A stretch of DNA of 64,000 bases from IMG/VR virus record IMGVR_UViG_3300031673_000017, positions 1-64,000 of that record. One strand, written 5' to 3'. How positions within the stretch are numbered: position 1 is the first letter of the stretch; each line of letters begins with the position of its first letter. The position numbers were made by a program, and so were the translations under genes. Below, in pieces: positions 1 through 9,918 of the stretch. The DNA comes from a virus (lineage: Duplodnaviria > Caudoviricetes). The notes beneath the pieces were generated by a model, which was given only the letters and a program-made list of their open reading frames with translations, did not search any database and was not told where the DNA came from.

Positions 1-3000
1 GTTCATAAGATGTTCCAGTTAATCCTGTAATTGTTTGCCTTAAAACATTATTTGCATCATAAAGTTTAATTGTATATGATGCTCCAAATTCTAAACTAAT
101 CCCACTATCTGAATGCTCCACTAAAGAATTCAACTGAATTGGGTTGGTCCTATCTCTATGATTCCAACTAATGGTAACTTTATTTCCATGAGCACCAGAA
201 GAGAAATAGGATGGATAACTATCACCATTAAACTTTAAATTTCCGGGCGGATATGGTCGAATCATTCGACTATTTAAAGCAGGGCTTTTAGTTTCAATTG
301 TTGCATCGCTTTCTGCTAAACTGCCACGAGCCGTACGCGACAATAGTTTTGTAGATGGTGTATTGCCATTGGTGTATTCTGTACCAATTTCGCCATAACT
401 TAATTCCATAAAGTAAATTATATCACCAGATAAATGAATTGCTGGAACTGTATCCAATACGCCTCTGGCCATAGTTACTTGATTATTGATTAAATCCGTA
501 GAAATAACTTTTACAATCTCTTCATTTATAATTGCATAAGTATTTATATCAACAGAATCTAAATCTGATTGGCTACTTAAATCAATAGTTGTATCTATCG
601 CATTTCTTAAAATGGCATTAGTCAAAACGCCAATAGGTGTAAACGAATTATTACCGACGCCTACATCTTCAAAATCATACAAAGCAGAAAGACGAGCTAA
701 TATATCATAATCAAAAGCATCTTCTGTTGGTTTTCCAGCTATTGTACATATAAAACAAGTATCATCATCTAACGCATCAACTAATGATGGTGAGCCTACT
801 ACATGATTACATAATGACCAATATGGTATTTCAATTAATCTTCTATTGATAATATCTATTGGATCATTAATAGAATCTGTCCATAATGTATCTGGTGCAT
901 CACCATATATTGTTTCTGCTGCTGAAAATGTATCTTCAACACAAGTCAAATAAACTTCATTTTTATCCAGACTCCCATAATTAGCATTTAAAACTCTTAT
1001 CACCATTTCAACAATTCCCAAATCTGACCATGATATCTTGAAAGTATTATTAGGTTTTAAATGAGACATTTTTCTCGTGCATTTTAACCGCATACCTGCT
1101 AACATGGATGTTACTAATTTTAATTCCCTCTCCGCTACATTATTAGCAAGTGTTGGATCACAAATTCCTTGATAATTAAGGATTTTTTCTATTACTGCCC
1201 CACCTTGTTTCTCCATTAATGCAATATCGCGGGCTTCACAAGAACGAGACTTATGTGCAAGTTTATCCCAAAATTGTACTGTAACTTGATCTACAATTTC
1301 ACCATAAGCTGAACGAGTAAACTCATCCAGATCCATTATATCATCCTCATTAAAAGTTTCTAAGTTTGCACCAGCATAGATTTCAAACATGAAATCACTA
1401 CCTGATACTTTAGTCCATGTTACAGCATCATCATTAGTTACTATATAAGATCCACCTGAAAAAGAACCATAAGTGTTAACTCTCCAGTTTAAAGTTCCAA
1501 CTCCTGTATTCGGATAAATTACAAGTGCATATTGAGTATTAACATTAAGAATTCCAGTTTTAGTAAAATTACAAACTACCCATGCAGCAGATGTTCCAAT
1601 ATTCGCAGTTTGTATATTACCTTCTGAAATGATAGCCCCATTTGGTTTACCATTTATATCAACTCTTTGTATTTCACATTTAGCATTTACTGTTTGACCT
1701 ATCAACGCCTTGAAAATCTTAATTTTACAATAAGCAGGTTGATACGTTCGTGATGTTGTAAATGTTTGAGCATATTGCTTATTTTGCGTTGGAGTTATAG
1801 TTGCTTGAGAATTATCACCAGTTATATAGCTATCATATGCTATTGAAAAATTATTATCTCTCGTTAAAGTAAGAATCCACTTTCCTGTTGCTAAATCTTG
1901 ATATAAAATTCCAGCAATATGATTTAAAATATCATCAATAAAATCTTCTACAGGAATGACTTGATCCCACTGTATTGATAGGCCAAAACCTTCTTCATAT
2001 AAAATATTTGCGGCTTCTTTCCAAGCATTATCATCAATATCTTCTGTTGCATCAAAACCTAAGCCCCATTCTTTATCAATTAAACATTCACGTATTATGT
2101 GTGCAGCGTTTAAATCATCCCCTGCTACTTCTCTTGGCCTTAATACAGCTTTTTCTTTGTACCACTGAACTTCGCCGCTAATTTGTTTGCTAACTCTTTT
2201 TAGTAAAAAACTCCACGGCTTTAAATATGGGCTTGTCCCAATATAAACTTGATTTAAAACTGCTCCCCAAAGACCACGAAATGCAGGTATATCAGTGTCG
2301 AGTCTTGCTGTGAGATAACTATTCTGCATTTGATCTGCCGCACCAAACATTAAATCGACATTACCAATTATACCGCCTTCACTTTTATCACCACCAAATA
2401 AATCATTATTAGAAATTGTAATCGTTGAATTAGGTGCACTCCCATCTTTTTTATAACACTTGAAAAGTATATCGTTAACACTAATTTCTTCAGCCCAAGT
2501 TACTCCACCATCAAGTGATGTAACTGCTGTACCGCCAGGATAATTAGTTCCGACACTGTCTGCATTAAAATTACAACCACCGTATCCGACTGTTGGATAC
2601 GGAAGAACGCTGAATATAAATGCATATTTTGTAGCGTCATCCAAAATTATTGGTGCATCAAATTCTACTTCTTTCCATTCAGCAAGACTTAACGAAGCCG
2701 GTTGTTCTATTATTGTATCGCCATCGAATGATCCATTTATTAAATCTGGTCCAGTTGGCATACCTAATACATCAGTCGCTCTTAGAGATACATATATGGT
2801 TCCTGGATACGCATTCCAATTTCTCCACACCATTAAGCTAATTGAATTTAAAGTATAAGAAGAAGTTGTTGTAAAAGTCTGTCCATATATTACTCCTGGT
2901 GATAAGCAGTATGATGTAACAATTGTTGTATGTGAATCTTTAAGAACATTAGAATGCGCCCACGCTACTTTTTCTCCAACCTTAATTTTTTCACAAGCAT

Positions 3001-3229
3001 CGATGTTTCCATGACCAGCAATCATGTGCATCCCTAATGAATACTTGTATCCAACAATTTGTTTCTTTTTACCCTTATATTTAACTGAAGAAAATGGATT
3101 TGAAGATATTTGAAATTCATATCCATTTCGTTTAACTTGAATTATACCCTTGTATTGTTTTAAATCAAAACCATCAAAACTACGGTCAAATTCAATATTG
3201 TTATTAAGTTTTTGCGGGAAGTAGTTCAT
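1..3229 (-). CDS. Tail-tip / central tail (host-specificity J-like) protein, C-terminus truncated by the window edge
   Basis: Absent from the ORF track because it runs off the window. Hand translation of most of the frame from the ATG at 3229 (1 nt after the upstream stop) found no stop: MNYFPQKL...KQIVGYKYSLGMHMIAGHGNIDACEKIKVGEKVAW...LFGGDKSEGGIIGNVDLMFG...IPAFRGLWGAVLNQVYIGTSPYLKPWSF...DLNAAHIIRECL...MIRPYPPGNLKFNG. These motifs are typical of siphovirus tail-tip proteins that follow DUF2163/BR0599 genes. Confidence 0.85.
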   Translation of the reverse strand, partial: MNYFPQKLNNNIEFDRSFDGFDLKQYKGIIQVKRNGYEFQISSNPFSSVKYKGKKKQIVGYKYSLGMHMIAGHGNIDACEKIKVGEKVAWAHSNVLKDSHTTIVTSYCLSPGVIYGQTFTTTSSYTLNSISLMVWRNWNAYPGTIYVSLRATDVLGMPTGPDLINGSFDGDTIIEQPASLSLAEWKEVEFDAPIILDDATKYAFIFSVLPYPTVGYGGCNFNADSVGTNYPGGTAVTSLDGGVTWAEEISVNDILFKCYKKDGSAPNSTITISNNDLFGGDKSEGGIIGNVDLMFGAADQMQNSYLTARLDTDIPAFRGLWGAVLNQVYIGTSPYLKPWSFLLKRVSKQISGEVQWYKEKAVLRPREVAGDDLNAAHIIRECLIDKEWGLGFDATEDIDDNAWKEAANILYEEGFGLSIQWDQVIPVEDFIDDILNHIAGILYQDLATGKWILTLTRDNNFSIAYDSYITGDNSQATITPTQNKQYAQTFTTSRTYQPAYCKIKIFKALIGQTVNAKCEIQRVDINGKPNGAIISEGNIQTANIGTSAAWVVCNFTKTGILNVNTQYALVIYPNTGVGTLNWRVNTYGSFSGGSYIVTNDDAVTWTKVSGSDFMFEIYAGANLETFNEDDIMDLDEFTRSAYGEIVDQVTVQFWDKLAHKSRSCEARDIALMEKQGGAVIEKILNYQGICDPTLANNVAERELKLVTSMLAGMRLKCTRKMSHLKPNNTFKISWSDLGIVEMVIRVLNANYGSLDKNEVYLTCVEDTFSAAETIYGDAPDTLWTDSINDPIDIINRRLIEIPYWSLCNHVVGSPSLVDALDDDTCFICTIAGKPTEDAFDYDILARLSALYDFEDVGVGNNSFTPIGVLTNAILRNAIDTTIDLSSQSDLDSVDINTYAIINEEIVKVISTDLINNQVTMARGVLDTVPAIHLSGDIIYFMELSYGEIGTEYTNGNTPSTKLLSRTARGSLAESDATIETKSPALNSRMIRPYPPGNLKFNGDSYPSYFSSGAHGNKVTISWNHRDRTNPIQLNSLVEHSDSGISLEFGASYTIKLYDANNVLRQTITGLTGTSYE

Positions 3230-3230
3230 A

Positions 3231-3638
3231 TTAAAAATTACTCTTCATAATATAAGCATGGGTTTTAAATCCCCATACTCTTTCTATAGCTTCTGGATTC
3301 CGTTCAGTTTCAAATCTTATTTCATGAATATTAAATTCTTTTATTGCCCATTGTTTAATCATATCGATAGCTATTTTACCATACCCTCTTCCACTTCCGG
3401 GTTTAGACCATGCTTGAGCAAGCCAAACATATTCTCTATTATCCATTAGCCAACTAATAGCGAATCCATGTATTTCATTATTCTCAAAAATAATAGCAAC
3501 AAAAATCTCTTCTGGAACTGCTACCATTATTTCAAAAAGTTCTTTAGCAATTATATCACGAGTAAAAGCACCATCTTCAGTAAAAAACTTGCGCAGATGT
3601 TTTATAATTGCTGGATCTCTGGCTCTTTTAATTTTCAT
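3231..3638 (-). CDS. GNAT-fold (acetyltransferase-like) protein in the tail-tip module
   Basis: IHGFAISW...YVWLAQAWSKPGSGRGYGKIAIDMIKQWA...IRFET...WGF follows the GNAT motif A pattern (x-R-G-x-G then a helix). Confidence 0.6.
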   Translation of the reverse strand: MKIKRARDPAIIKHLRKFFTEDGAFTRDIIAKELFEIMVAVPEEIFVAIIFENNEIHGFAISWLMDNREYVWLAQAWSKPGSGRGYGKIAIDMIKQWAIKEFNIHEIRFETERNPEAIERVWGFKTHAYIMKSNF

Positions 3639-3644
3639 TAGTTA

Positions 3645-3998
3645 TTAGCCCATTATCTGTGTTGCTTTTAAATGACCAAACCACACTACATTAGGGGCAG
3701 CAACGTATTTTTTTCCAAAAAGAACTTGAATAGGACGGCCCTCTTCTGCTGTTGGGATATCAAATTGTTCTAAAGTTACTGGCCTTAATTTAGCAGGTTG
3801 TTTTGGCTTTGGTGCTAATAGCATAGAAAGTGCTATCATTATAGCCACTTGTACTATAAAATTCAAAATTGCCAATTGAGGTGTACCATCTTCGACAACT
3901 GGTTTAGGACTTGTTAGTATGTCTAAGAATAATACTACTGCCAGTATTTGAAGCAATATTTTAAGCGGCTTAGATTTTATTTTTTTAAGTGTAAACAT
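3645..3998 (-). CDS. Small tail-tip assembly protein
   Basis: C-terminal FDIPTAEEGRPIQVLFGKKYVAAPNVVWFGHL motif and position between the BR0599-like and tail-tip genes; two hydrophobic N-terminal segments. Confidence 0.7.
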   Translation of the reverse strand: MFTLKKIKSKPLKILLQILAVVLFLDILTSPKPVVEDGTPQLAILNFIVQVAIMIALSMLLAPKPKQPAKLRPVTLEQFDIPTAEEGRPIQVLFGKKYVAAPNVVWFGHLKATQIMG

Positions 3999-4996
3999 TA
4001 CATTACAGCATCACCAGTAAATGGATTCTTATCTGGCAAATATGGCTGCCCTCCATAATTTAATTTATTTGCAAATTTATCTTTACAAGTTGCTTTTAAG
4101 TGATCACAACCTGCCCATGCCCTAAATGTATCTCCTGCTGAAATTGCTGATACAGATCTTGATATTTTTATTTCAGTGCCTGAATGATAGACAATCTTTT
4201 GTAAGCAGCTTCCATTGTCTGTTTTAAAAATACCGCCAAGGAACCATCCATCTGCTTTAGAGCTAAAAATGGTTGCGTCTATAGTCGTTCCGCTTATTGA
4301 ATTAATAGTTCCATCCACATAATATAATGGATTAGTTTTAGATATTGTGCACCAAGTAGAATAAAGTGCAAGGCCACAATTGCGTTGGAATTTTCGCATT
4401 AAGCCAAATCGTTTTAGACTGCTTATTTTTAGGCCTAATAATATAATAACTTTTTTAGATAGGAATTTTACACCTTGCAAATATCCTCTCCAATATGTTG
4501 CATAGGAATCAGCATGCCTCCTATATATTGTTAGCCTGACGGTTCCCTCTATTGGCTCACTAATAAAATTTCTGACAAATGGATTAGATAAATGCACTTC
4601 TACTTCTAATCTCGTCTTTAACGAGTTTAAATCTAATACAATATCACCTCTCTTAATTAATTCTGCAAGATATGTTCTACCGTCATGGACAATATTGTAA
4701 TCTGTACTTGTATAAGACCAAAACTCAGCCCCCTCATCTTTATCAAAAAGATAAAGTTCGACAGGCTGCCCATCTTGAACACTTTGCTCATCGAGAAGGT
4801 AATTCTCAAAAATAAATGTAACGCTGGATGAACTGGAGTTTCCAGAAACATTACAAGCTATAAGAATCCAGAAACTAAACAGACTATTAGCATCAGAAAT
4901 ACTGGAAATAGCTCCTTCTAATCCGAGTTGAGCGTTAAGATAACCATTAGCATTAGAGCCTTCATCAACAGAACTAATTATATTAACGTCCGCCAT
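3998..4996 (-). CDS. DUF2163 / phage BR0599-family baseplate hub protein with N-terminal repeat extension
   Basis: PVELYLF...WSYTSTDYNIVHDGRTYLAELIKRG...FQRNCGLALYSTWC...GWFLGG...AWAGCDHLKATCKDKFANKLNYGGQPYLPDKNPF; the first ~45 aa are two S/I/G repeat units. Confidence 0.85.
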   Translation of the reverse strand: MADVNIISSVDEGSNANGYLNAQLGLEGAISSISDANSLFSFWILIACNVSGNSSSSSVTFIFENYLLDEQSVQDGQPVELYLFDKDEGAEFWSYTSTDYNIVHDGRTYLAELIKRGDIVLDLNSLKTRLEVEVHLSNPFVRNFISEPIEGTVRLTIYRRHADSYATYWRGYLQGVKFLSKKVIILLGLKISSLKRFGLMRKFQRNCGLALYSTWCTISKTNPLYYVDGTINSISGTTIDATIFSSKADGWFLGGIFKTDNGSCLQKIVYHSGTEIKISRSVSAISAGDTFRAWAGCDHLKATCKDKFANKLNYGGQPYLPDKNPFTGDAVM

Positions 4997-7900
4997 TATG
5001 AACCCTCATAAAATTAGTTTTGCATTCATTTCTGTTAGCATATTGCCAATTTATTTGAATACTATCAGATGTTAGCCTACATTTATCGACAAAACAAATC
5101 TTACAGTCTCCGCTCACTACTGGGTTAGCTAAACCTAAATTAGTGTTAAAACTAATCCTTTCCTCATTAGCATCAATTTCAACAATAGCTTTAATCTTTC
5201 TTATAATTAAAACGCCTGTCGTCGTGAAGTAAAATCCAATATAAGTTCGTAGTGCGTTAAATCCCATGTTCGTAGCGAGTTTAATATTTTCAATTTTAAC
5301 AGATGTATCTGTTGTTTCAATATCATCTGTTTGTGTTACATCACTACGAAAAGTTGGAATAATAATTGTTTTTTGTCTCCCACTTAGAGAATGTAGAAAC
5401 TTCCTGAAATTCCAACAAGCAACTTTATTATCATTAAAAAACTTATGACTTTGAGATAAGAAATTAAAGTTGCTGCTACTCTCTACTTTAAAAATACCAG
5501 TTTCAAAATCTGTAATTAGAATATCGCCATCACTATCTTCAGAATGTGTATCATCCATAAATGCAGGCGTATCTAATACTTCATAACCATCATAAATTGT
5601 ATTTGGAACATAATCAGTAAACTCAACATTATTATAAACTGCAAAAGTTAAGTTGACAACAGATGTTTCTGAGTTATATCTTTCTTTTTTGCTTGATGCG
5701 ATTAAATATGCAGTTCTTACAGGCATAATATACTTAATACCAGTATAAGAATTTAACATCGAGTAACTTAAATTTAAATTGGAATCTGTTTTTGTATCAA
5801 TAACAACTACTTCATATTCAGTCGCTGACTTCCAAACCATAGCTTTACTATCGTTTCTAAAATCAGCGTTTGTCGTATCTATATTTTCTATAGATTCATC
5901 TTTAGCGTTAATATCTGCAGTATGCTCAACGTATTCTGACCATATTGGGAGTAACCAAGTCAATTTCTGCCATGTATGAATAATAGAGTCAAACCAAGTG
6001 TTTTCTTTATTAGTGTTTAAAATTAATCTCAAATTAAATAGTTGTCTTGGTGTCTGGCGTATTTTTATTCGCTGTTCCGATCCATCATAAGCATTTAATA
6101 TACTCGTCTTCCATTCTAACGTTTCAACAATACTATCTTGTGGCCTCCAGAATAAAGTCGCTGCTTCAAAATCCGGTACGATGGCTAAATAATTTGATGT
6201 ATCTGGGAGATTTGAAACTGCAGTTATTGAGCCAATTAAACTAATTAATTTTGCAACTCGTCCAAGAAAAGAAATTCCATTTGTACTGTTGCCTATTAAT
6301 TGTGTTAAAACATCTAAGAATCCAGAAGTGCTCGAAGTGCTCGCAATAAATCCAGTTAAATCAGTTAAAACATTTAATGAACTTAAAGATGCTGCAATTC
6401 CAGAAATTTCAACAATGCTACTTCCCATTCCAGGTTGAGAATCAAAAGAACATATAGCACCAGCGACTTCTGTAATAGAACTTATTATGTTTTTATCAAT
6501 ATTAGTTTCACTTACAGTGGAAGCCCCATTTGTACTTTCACCGATTAATTGATTTAAAACATTTAAGATTCCAGAAGTATTAGAAATGCTCGTAACAGAG
6601 CTTATTAAGTTGGTTAAAATATTTAATGAACCAACTGAACTTGTTATTATTGCAATAGAACCATTTAATTCGGACTCAAGATAACCAATAACATCTGCGA
6701 TTTCTGAAACATAACCATTTAATTCTAATTCGAGTTCTAATAAACCTATGGAGTTGGAAATCGCAACAGCGGAGCTTATTATCTCGACTTCAGCAGTTGA
6801 TAATAAAGAACCGATTATGCTGGAAATCGCAGTTGTAGAACTATTTAAACTTTGCTCAAGTTCTGAAGAACCTGTGATGTTGGAAATCGCAACAGCGTAG
6901 CTTATAAATTCTGATTCGAGTCCTAAAGAACCAATGATGTTGGAAATCGCAGCAGCTGAACTTATAAATTCTGATTCGAATTCTAAAGAACCTGTGATGT
7001 TGGAAATCGCAGCGGCTGCACTTATTAATTCTGATTCGAATTCTAAAGAACCAATGATGTTGGAAATAGCATCAGCGGAACTTATTAATTCTGATTCGAA
7101 TTCTAAAGAACCAATGATGTTGGAAATAGCATCAGCGGAACTTATTAAACTTTGTTCAAGTTCTAAAGAACCTGTGATGCTTATAGTTACAGCAACAGTT
7201 CCACTTATTGCCTTAGTTTCAAACTCTAAAGAACCAGCGACATTTGTCGTGGCTATAACAGAACTAATTATTTCAGATTCAAGTTCTAAAGTGCCTGATG
7301 CGGTTAATGTTGCTGTTGTAGAACCAACAATTTCTGTTTCTGCAAAACTTAAAGAACCTTCAGCACCAGAAACTCCTGCAGAAGAACCAACGAAAGGTAA
7401 TATAAAACCTGTTGCTATTTTTACGTAATCGACGTGGCTTATTTGGTTAGCAGTTGTCTGGCCATACTGAGCCAGAGATGTAAGTCCACCGGGAAAAACT
7501 GCTTCTTTACTACACGGAATAGCACTACCTACTTTTTCCCAGTTATGAGTAGAGTCCTTCAGGTACACATCACAAACACCATCACCATCACCAACCGACC
7601 CAAAAGTTACAAGAAATCTCCATATCTGCCATTCTGCACTTCCCCCCTGTTTGACTAAATCAGTCCCTACTTCAGTATAGCCGGAATCTGTGTCATTTAT
7701 AAACAGTCCGTCTGAACAGAATATTACGCTAAAATATTCATCCGCTTGGAAGCAATTAAGATTAAGAAAGTCGGCGTTGGCCCTTGTCCCAGCTACATCG
7801 TGGTAGGTTTTTATTTCATACGTAAAAGTATTAGGAAAACTGCCTATATCTCTGGCACGATAAGCGTAGTTTCCCAAACCTACAGAGCCGGAAACAAACT

Positions 7901-8006
7901 GGAATTGTCCTGCGGGGTTAACTGAACTCACGCCATTTCCAACATCCCCATCGGTCCAGTCGGAAATATCAGAACAATCTTCATCGAGTAAATCCCAAGT
8001 AGCCAT
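4983..8006 (-). CDS. Distal-tail (Dit-like) virion protein fused to an N-terminal lectin-like beta-sandwich and ~20 tandem 20-aa repeats
   Basis: C-terminal ~400 aa: LFWRPQDSIVETLEWKTSILNAYDGSEQRIKIRQTPR...WLLPIW...FLHSLSGRQKTIIIPTF...ICFVDKCRLTSDSIQINW. N-terminal ~200 aa aromatic beta domain ending ISHVDYVKI. Central ISSADAISNIIGSLEFESEL repeats. Confidence 0.75.
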   Translation of the reverse strand: MATWDLLDEDCSDISDWTDGDVGNGVSSVNPAGQFQFVSGSVGLGNYAYRARDIGSFPNTFTYEIKTYHDVAGTRANADFLNLNCFQADEYFSVIFCSDGLFINDTDSGYTEVGTDLVKQGGSAEWQIWRFLVTFGSVGDGDGVCDVYLKDSTHNWEKVGSAIPCSKEAVFPGGLTSLAQYGQTTANQISHVDYVKIATGFILPFVGSSAGVSGAEGSLSFAETEIVGSTTATLTASGTLELESEIISSVIATTNVAGSLEFETKAISGTVAVTISITGSLELEQSLISSADAISNIIGSLEFESELISSADAISNIIGSLEFESELISAAAAISNITGSLEFESEFISSAAAISNIIGSLGLESEFISYAVAISNITGSSELEQSLNSSTTAISSIIGSLLSTAEVEIISSAVAISNSIGLLELELELNGYVSEIADVIGYLESELNGSIAIITSSVGSLNILTNLISSVTSISNTSGILNVLNQLIGESTNGASTVSETNIDKNIISSITEVAGAICSFDSQPGMGSSIVEISGIAASLSSLNVLTDLTGFIASTSSTSGFLDVLTQLIGNSTNGISFLGRVAKLISLIGSITAVSNLPDTSNYLAIVPDFEAATLFWRPQDSIVETLEWKTSILNAYDGSEQRIKIRQTPRQLFNLRLILNTNKENTWFDSIIHTWQKLTWLLPIWSEYVEHTADINAKDESIENIDTTNADFRNDSKAMVWKSATEYEVVVIDTKTDSNLNLSYSMLNSYTGIKYIMPVRTAYLIASSKKERYNSETSVVNLTFAVYNNVEFTDYVPNTIYDGYEVLDTPAFMDDTHSEDSDGDILITDFETGIFKVESSSNFNFLSQSHKFFNDNKVACWNFRKFLHSLSGRQKTIIIPTFRSDVTQTDDIETTDTSVKIENIKLATNMGFNALRTYIGFYFTTTGVLIIRKIKAIVEIDANEERISFNTNLGLANPVVSGDCKICFVDKCRLTSDSIQINWQYANRNECKTNFMRVHNGGR
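6841..7200. repeat. 60-bp coding tandem repeat, 6 well-aligned units with degenerate copies on both sides
   Basis: Consecutive 60-nt lines align (cttattaattctgattcgaattctaaagaaccaatgatgttggaaatagcatcagcggaa); 7021-7080 and 7081-7140 are identical. Confidence 0.95.
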
Positions 8007-8076
8007 TTTAGTCCTTAACTATGTTCTATTCACTTTCAAACTAACCGGCGAATAATGAACAATTAACTTGATTATC

Positions 8077-9372
8077 TTAGCCTATACTTTCAGCCAATTG
8101 TTTTCTAACATCATCTAATTCTACTGGTTTCGGACGACGAATCCAATAGTGACATCTTGCGATGTGATTTCCGCTTCTTGCTGTTAGCTTGAATATACTT
8201 CGCAGATGTTTTCTTTGATATTGCTCCTCTTCGCTTCTACCCGCATCGCATACTATAACATGATCTGATACTTGCGACGCTATTTGAATTGCTGCCTCTT
8301 TTCCAATTCCACCTTTTAACTTTGGTTCAGGTCCATCAATGAAGCAAAGATCGAATTCTTTATGTCCTCGCGGATTATTGTCCGCGAAATTTATTGATGT
8401 TTTCAATTCTTCAGGAGTAGTATGGCCATCCCAAAGTTTAATAGTAAGATTATTTTTATCAGTGCATCTCGCTCTGATTATTTCTGCGTGATTTGGATTT
8501 GTTTCGTAACTTATTACTTCATTTTCTTCTGATAAAAGTAACGAAGAAAGCCCAGAACCAAATTCAAGAATTCGTAGTTGTTTATTTGTTTTAATTTTTT
8601 CAATCTGGTCATTAATAAAATGCCAGTCTTTCATTGTTATATGATAGTCACCCCAGAACATACCATATCTGGAATTAGATTTATCAAAGTAGTTAATAGA
8701 ATCCCAACTATCAAGTTCATTCCAACCAATAGTTTTATAATGTTCACATCGCCGATGTGTTGTAGTATAAACTTTAAATCCAGCACTCGTTGCTTTGCGA
8801 CAAAATGCAAAATCAGTTCCATAAGCTATTACACCATCTTCATCGAACTCGCAATGAAACGGAGCTTTTAATACTTCTAAAACTTTTCGCTTTATTAAAA
8901 TACAACCTGTCCCAACAATATCAACTTGGAGCATGTCAAACATATCATCCATAGCATTCAAATCTACAGCCATATACCCAACACCGTCAATATGTTTAAC
9001 ATAAGCTGTCCAAACCATTAAATCTCCTGGGCTTGCAACTAATGCAGGACTTCCAATAATGTCCATATTTGCTCTGACTAATTCACAAGGATTATGTAAT
9101 GGAACTACATCATCATCTATCATTAAAAGGAAATCGCAATTTGTTTTAAGAAATCGTTTCACTACCATATTACGATTACTTGAGATGGGATTAGCCCAAG
9201 TCTTCATTGGATTTTCCCAGATAAGTTCAATTCCTTCTGTTCTTCGCATTGCAGGGATAACTGTTGCAATAATTTCCCGCCTTAATTTTCCACTATTAAG
9301 AATTGCTAAATATACTTTTTGAGTTTTATTTGCAATGTTATTTTCGCCTTGGTTTATAATTTTATCCGCCAT
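8077..9372 (-). CDS. GT-A/GT2-like glycosyltransferase fused to a class I SAM methyltransferase
   Basis: N-half: SSNRNMVVKRFLKTNCDFLLMIDDDVVP...VDIVGTGCILIKRKVLE...GTDFAFCRKA. C-half: ILEFGSGLSS...FDLCFIDGP. Start placed at the ATG at 9372 (MADKII) after GAGGAG rather than the track start 9441. Confidence 0.8.
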   Translation of the reverse strand: MADKIINQGENNIANKTQKVYLAILNSGKLRREIIATVIPAMRRTEGIELIWENPMKTWANPISSNRNMVVKRFLKTNCDFLLMIDDDVVPLHNPCELVRANMDIIGSPALVASPGDLMVWTAYVKHIDGVGYMAVDLNAMDDMFDMLQVDIVGTGCILIKRKVLEVLKAPFHCEFDEDGVIAYGTDFAFCRKATSAGFKVYTTTHRRCEHYKTIGWNELDSWDSINYFDKSNSRYGMFWGDYHITMKDWHFINDQIEKIKTNKQLRILEFGSGLSSLLLSEENEVISYETNPNHAEIIRARCTDKNNLTIKLWDGHTTPEELKTSINFADNNPRGHKEFDLCFIDGPEPKLKGGIGKEAAIQIASQVSDHVIVCDAGRSEEEQYQRKHLRSIFKLTARSGNHIARCHYWIRRPKPVELDDVRKQLAESIG

Positions 9373-9448
9373 TTTAAGTCTCCTCATCAAAAAAGAATTT
9401 CGCCATACATACCCTGCCCATCGCCGCCAGGATACATACAATTAAAAA

Positions 9449-9859
9449 TTAGTCAAGGGTGATGTCCAAATCGCCAGTGTCAAACTTCGGTGTGTCGCCT
9501 GTCTGGACGCTTTTGCTTACGGTTAACGCACCATAAGCCAGCATATTTCCAACAGTCGCCGCATCACAAATTGCGAAGTCTGTAATCTTTCCCCAGCTTG
9601 TGGTTGCTTGCGGGAAAGTAATGGCCTGCGAATTCTCAGTTGCACCAGCACCAGCACAAGCGTCCCATGTTTGACAAATTACACGAGCATAACCACCACC
9701 ACTTGGCTCAGTGATTGTGGTTCCAGTCATAGTGTCTAAGACTGTCACTGTACAAAGTGCGACGTACTTGTCGGGCACTGCCATGGCGTTATTTCCAGCA
9801 CCTGTGCTAAAAATGTGTTGCAATAATGCACCTTCTAAATAATTACTAAAACTACCCAT
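9449..9859 (-). CDS. Small beta-rich tail-fibre-type structural protein (paralogue 1 of 3)
   Basis: MGSFSNYLEGALLQHIF...YVALCT...EPSGGGYARV...ITFPQATTSWGKITDFAICDAATVGNMLAYGAL...GDTPKFDTGDLDITLD; a family common in tail modules of environmental phages. Start after GAAAGGA. Confidence 0.7.
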   Translation of the reverse strand: MGSFSNYLEGALLQHIFSTGAGNNAMAVPDKYVALCTVTVLDTMTGTTITEPSGGGYARVICQTWDACAGAGATENSQAITFPQATTSWGKITDFAICDAATVGNMLAYGALTVSKSVQTGDTPKFDTGDLDITLD

Positions 9860-9918
9860 AATAAATCCTTTCAAAAGGAGGAATAAAATATTAAAGTCAC
9901 GTGACTGACTTTACAACA

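Noticed and set aside
6841-7200. 60-bp repeats as a CRISPR array
   Set aside because: The units are contiguous with no unique spacers, are in frame in a coding gene, and no cas genes are present.
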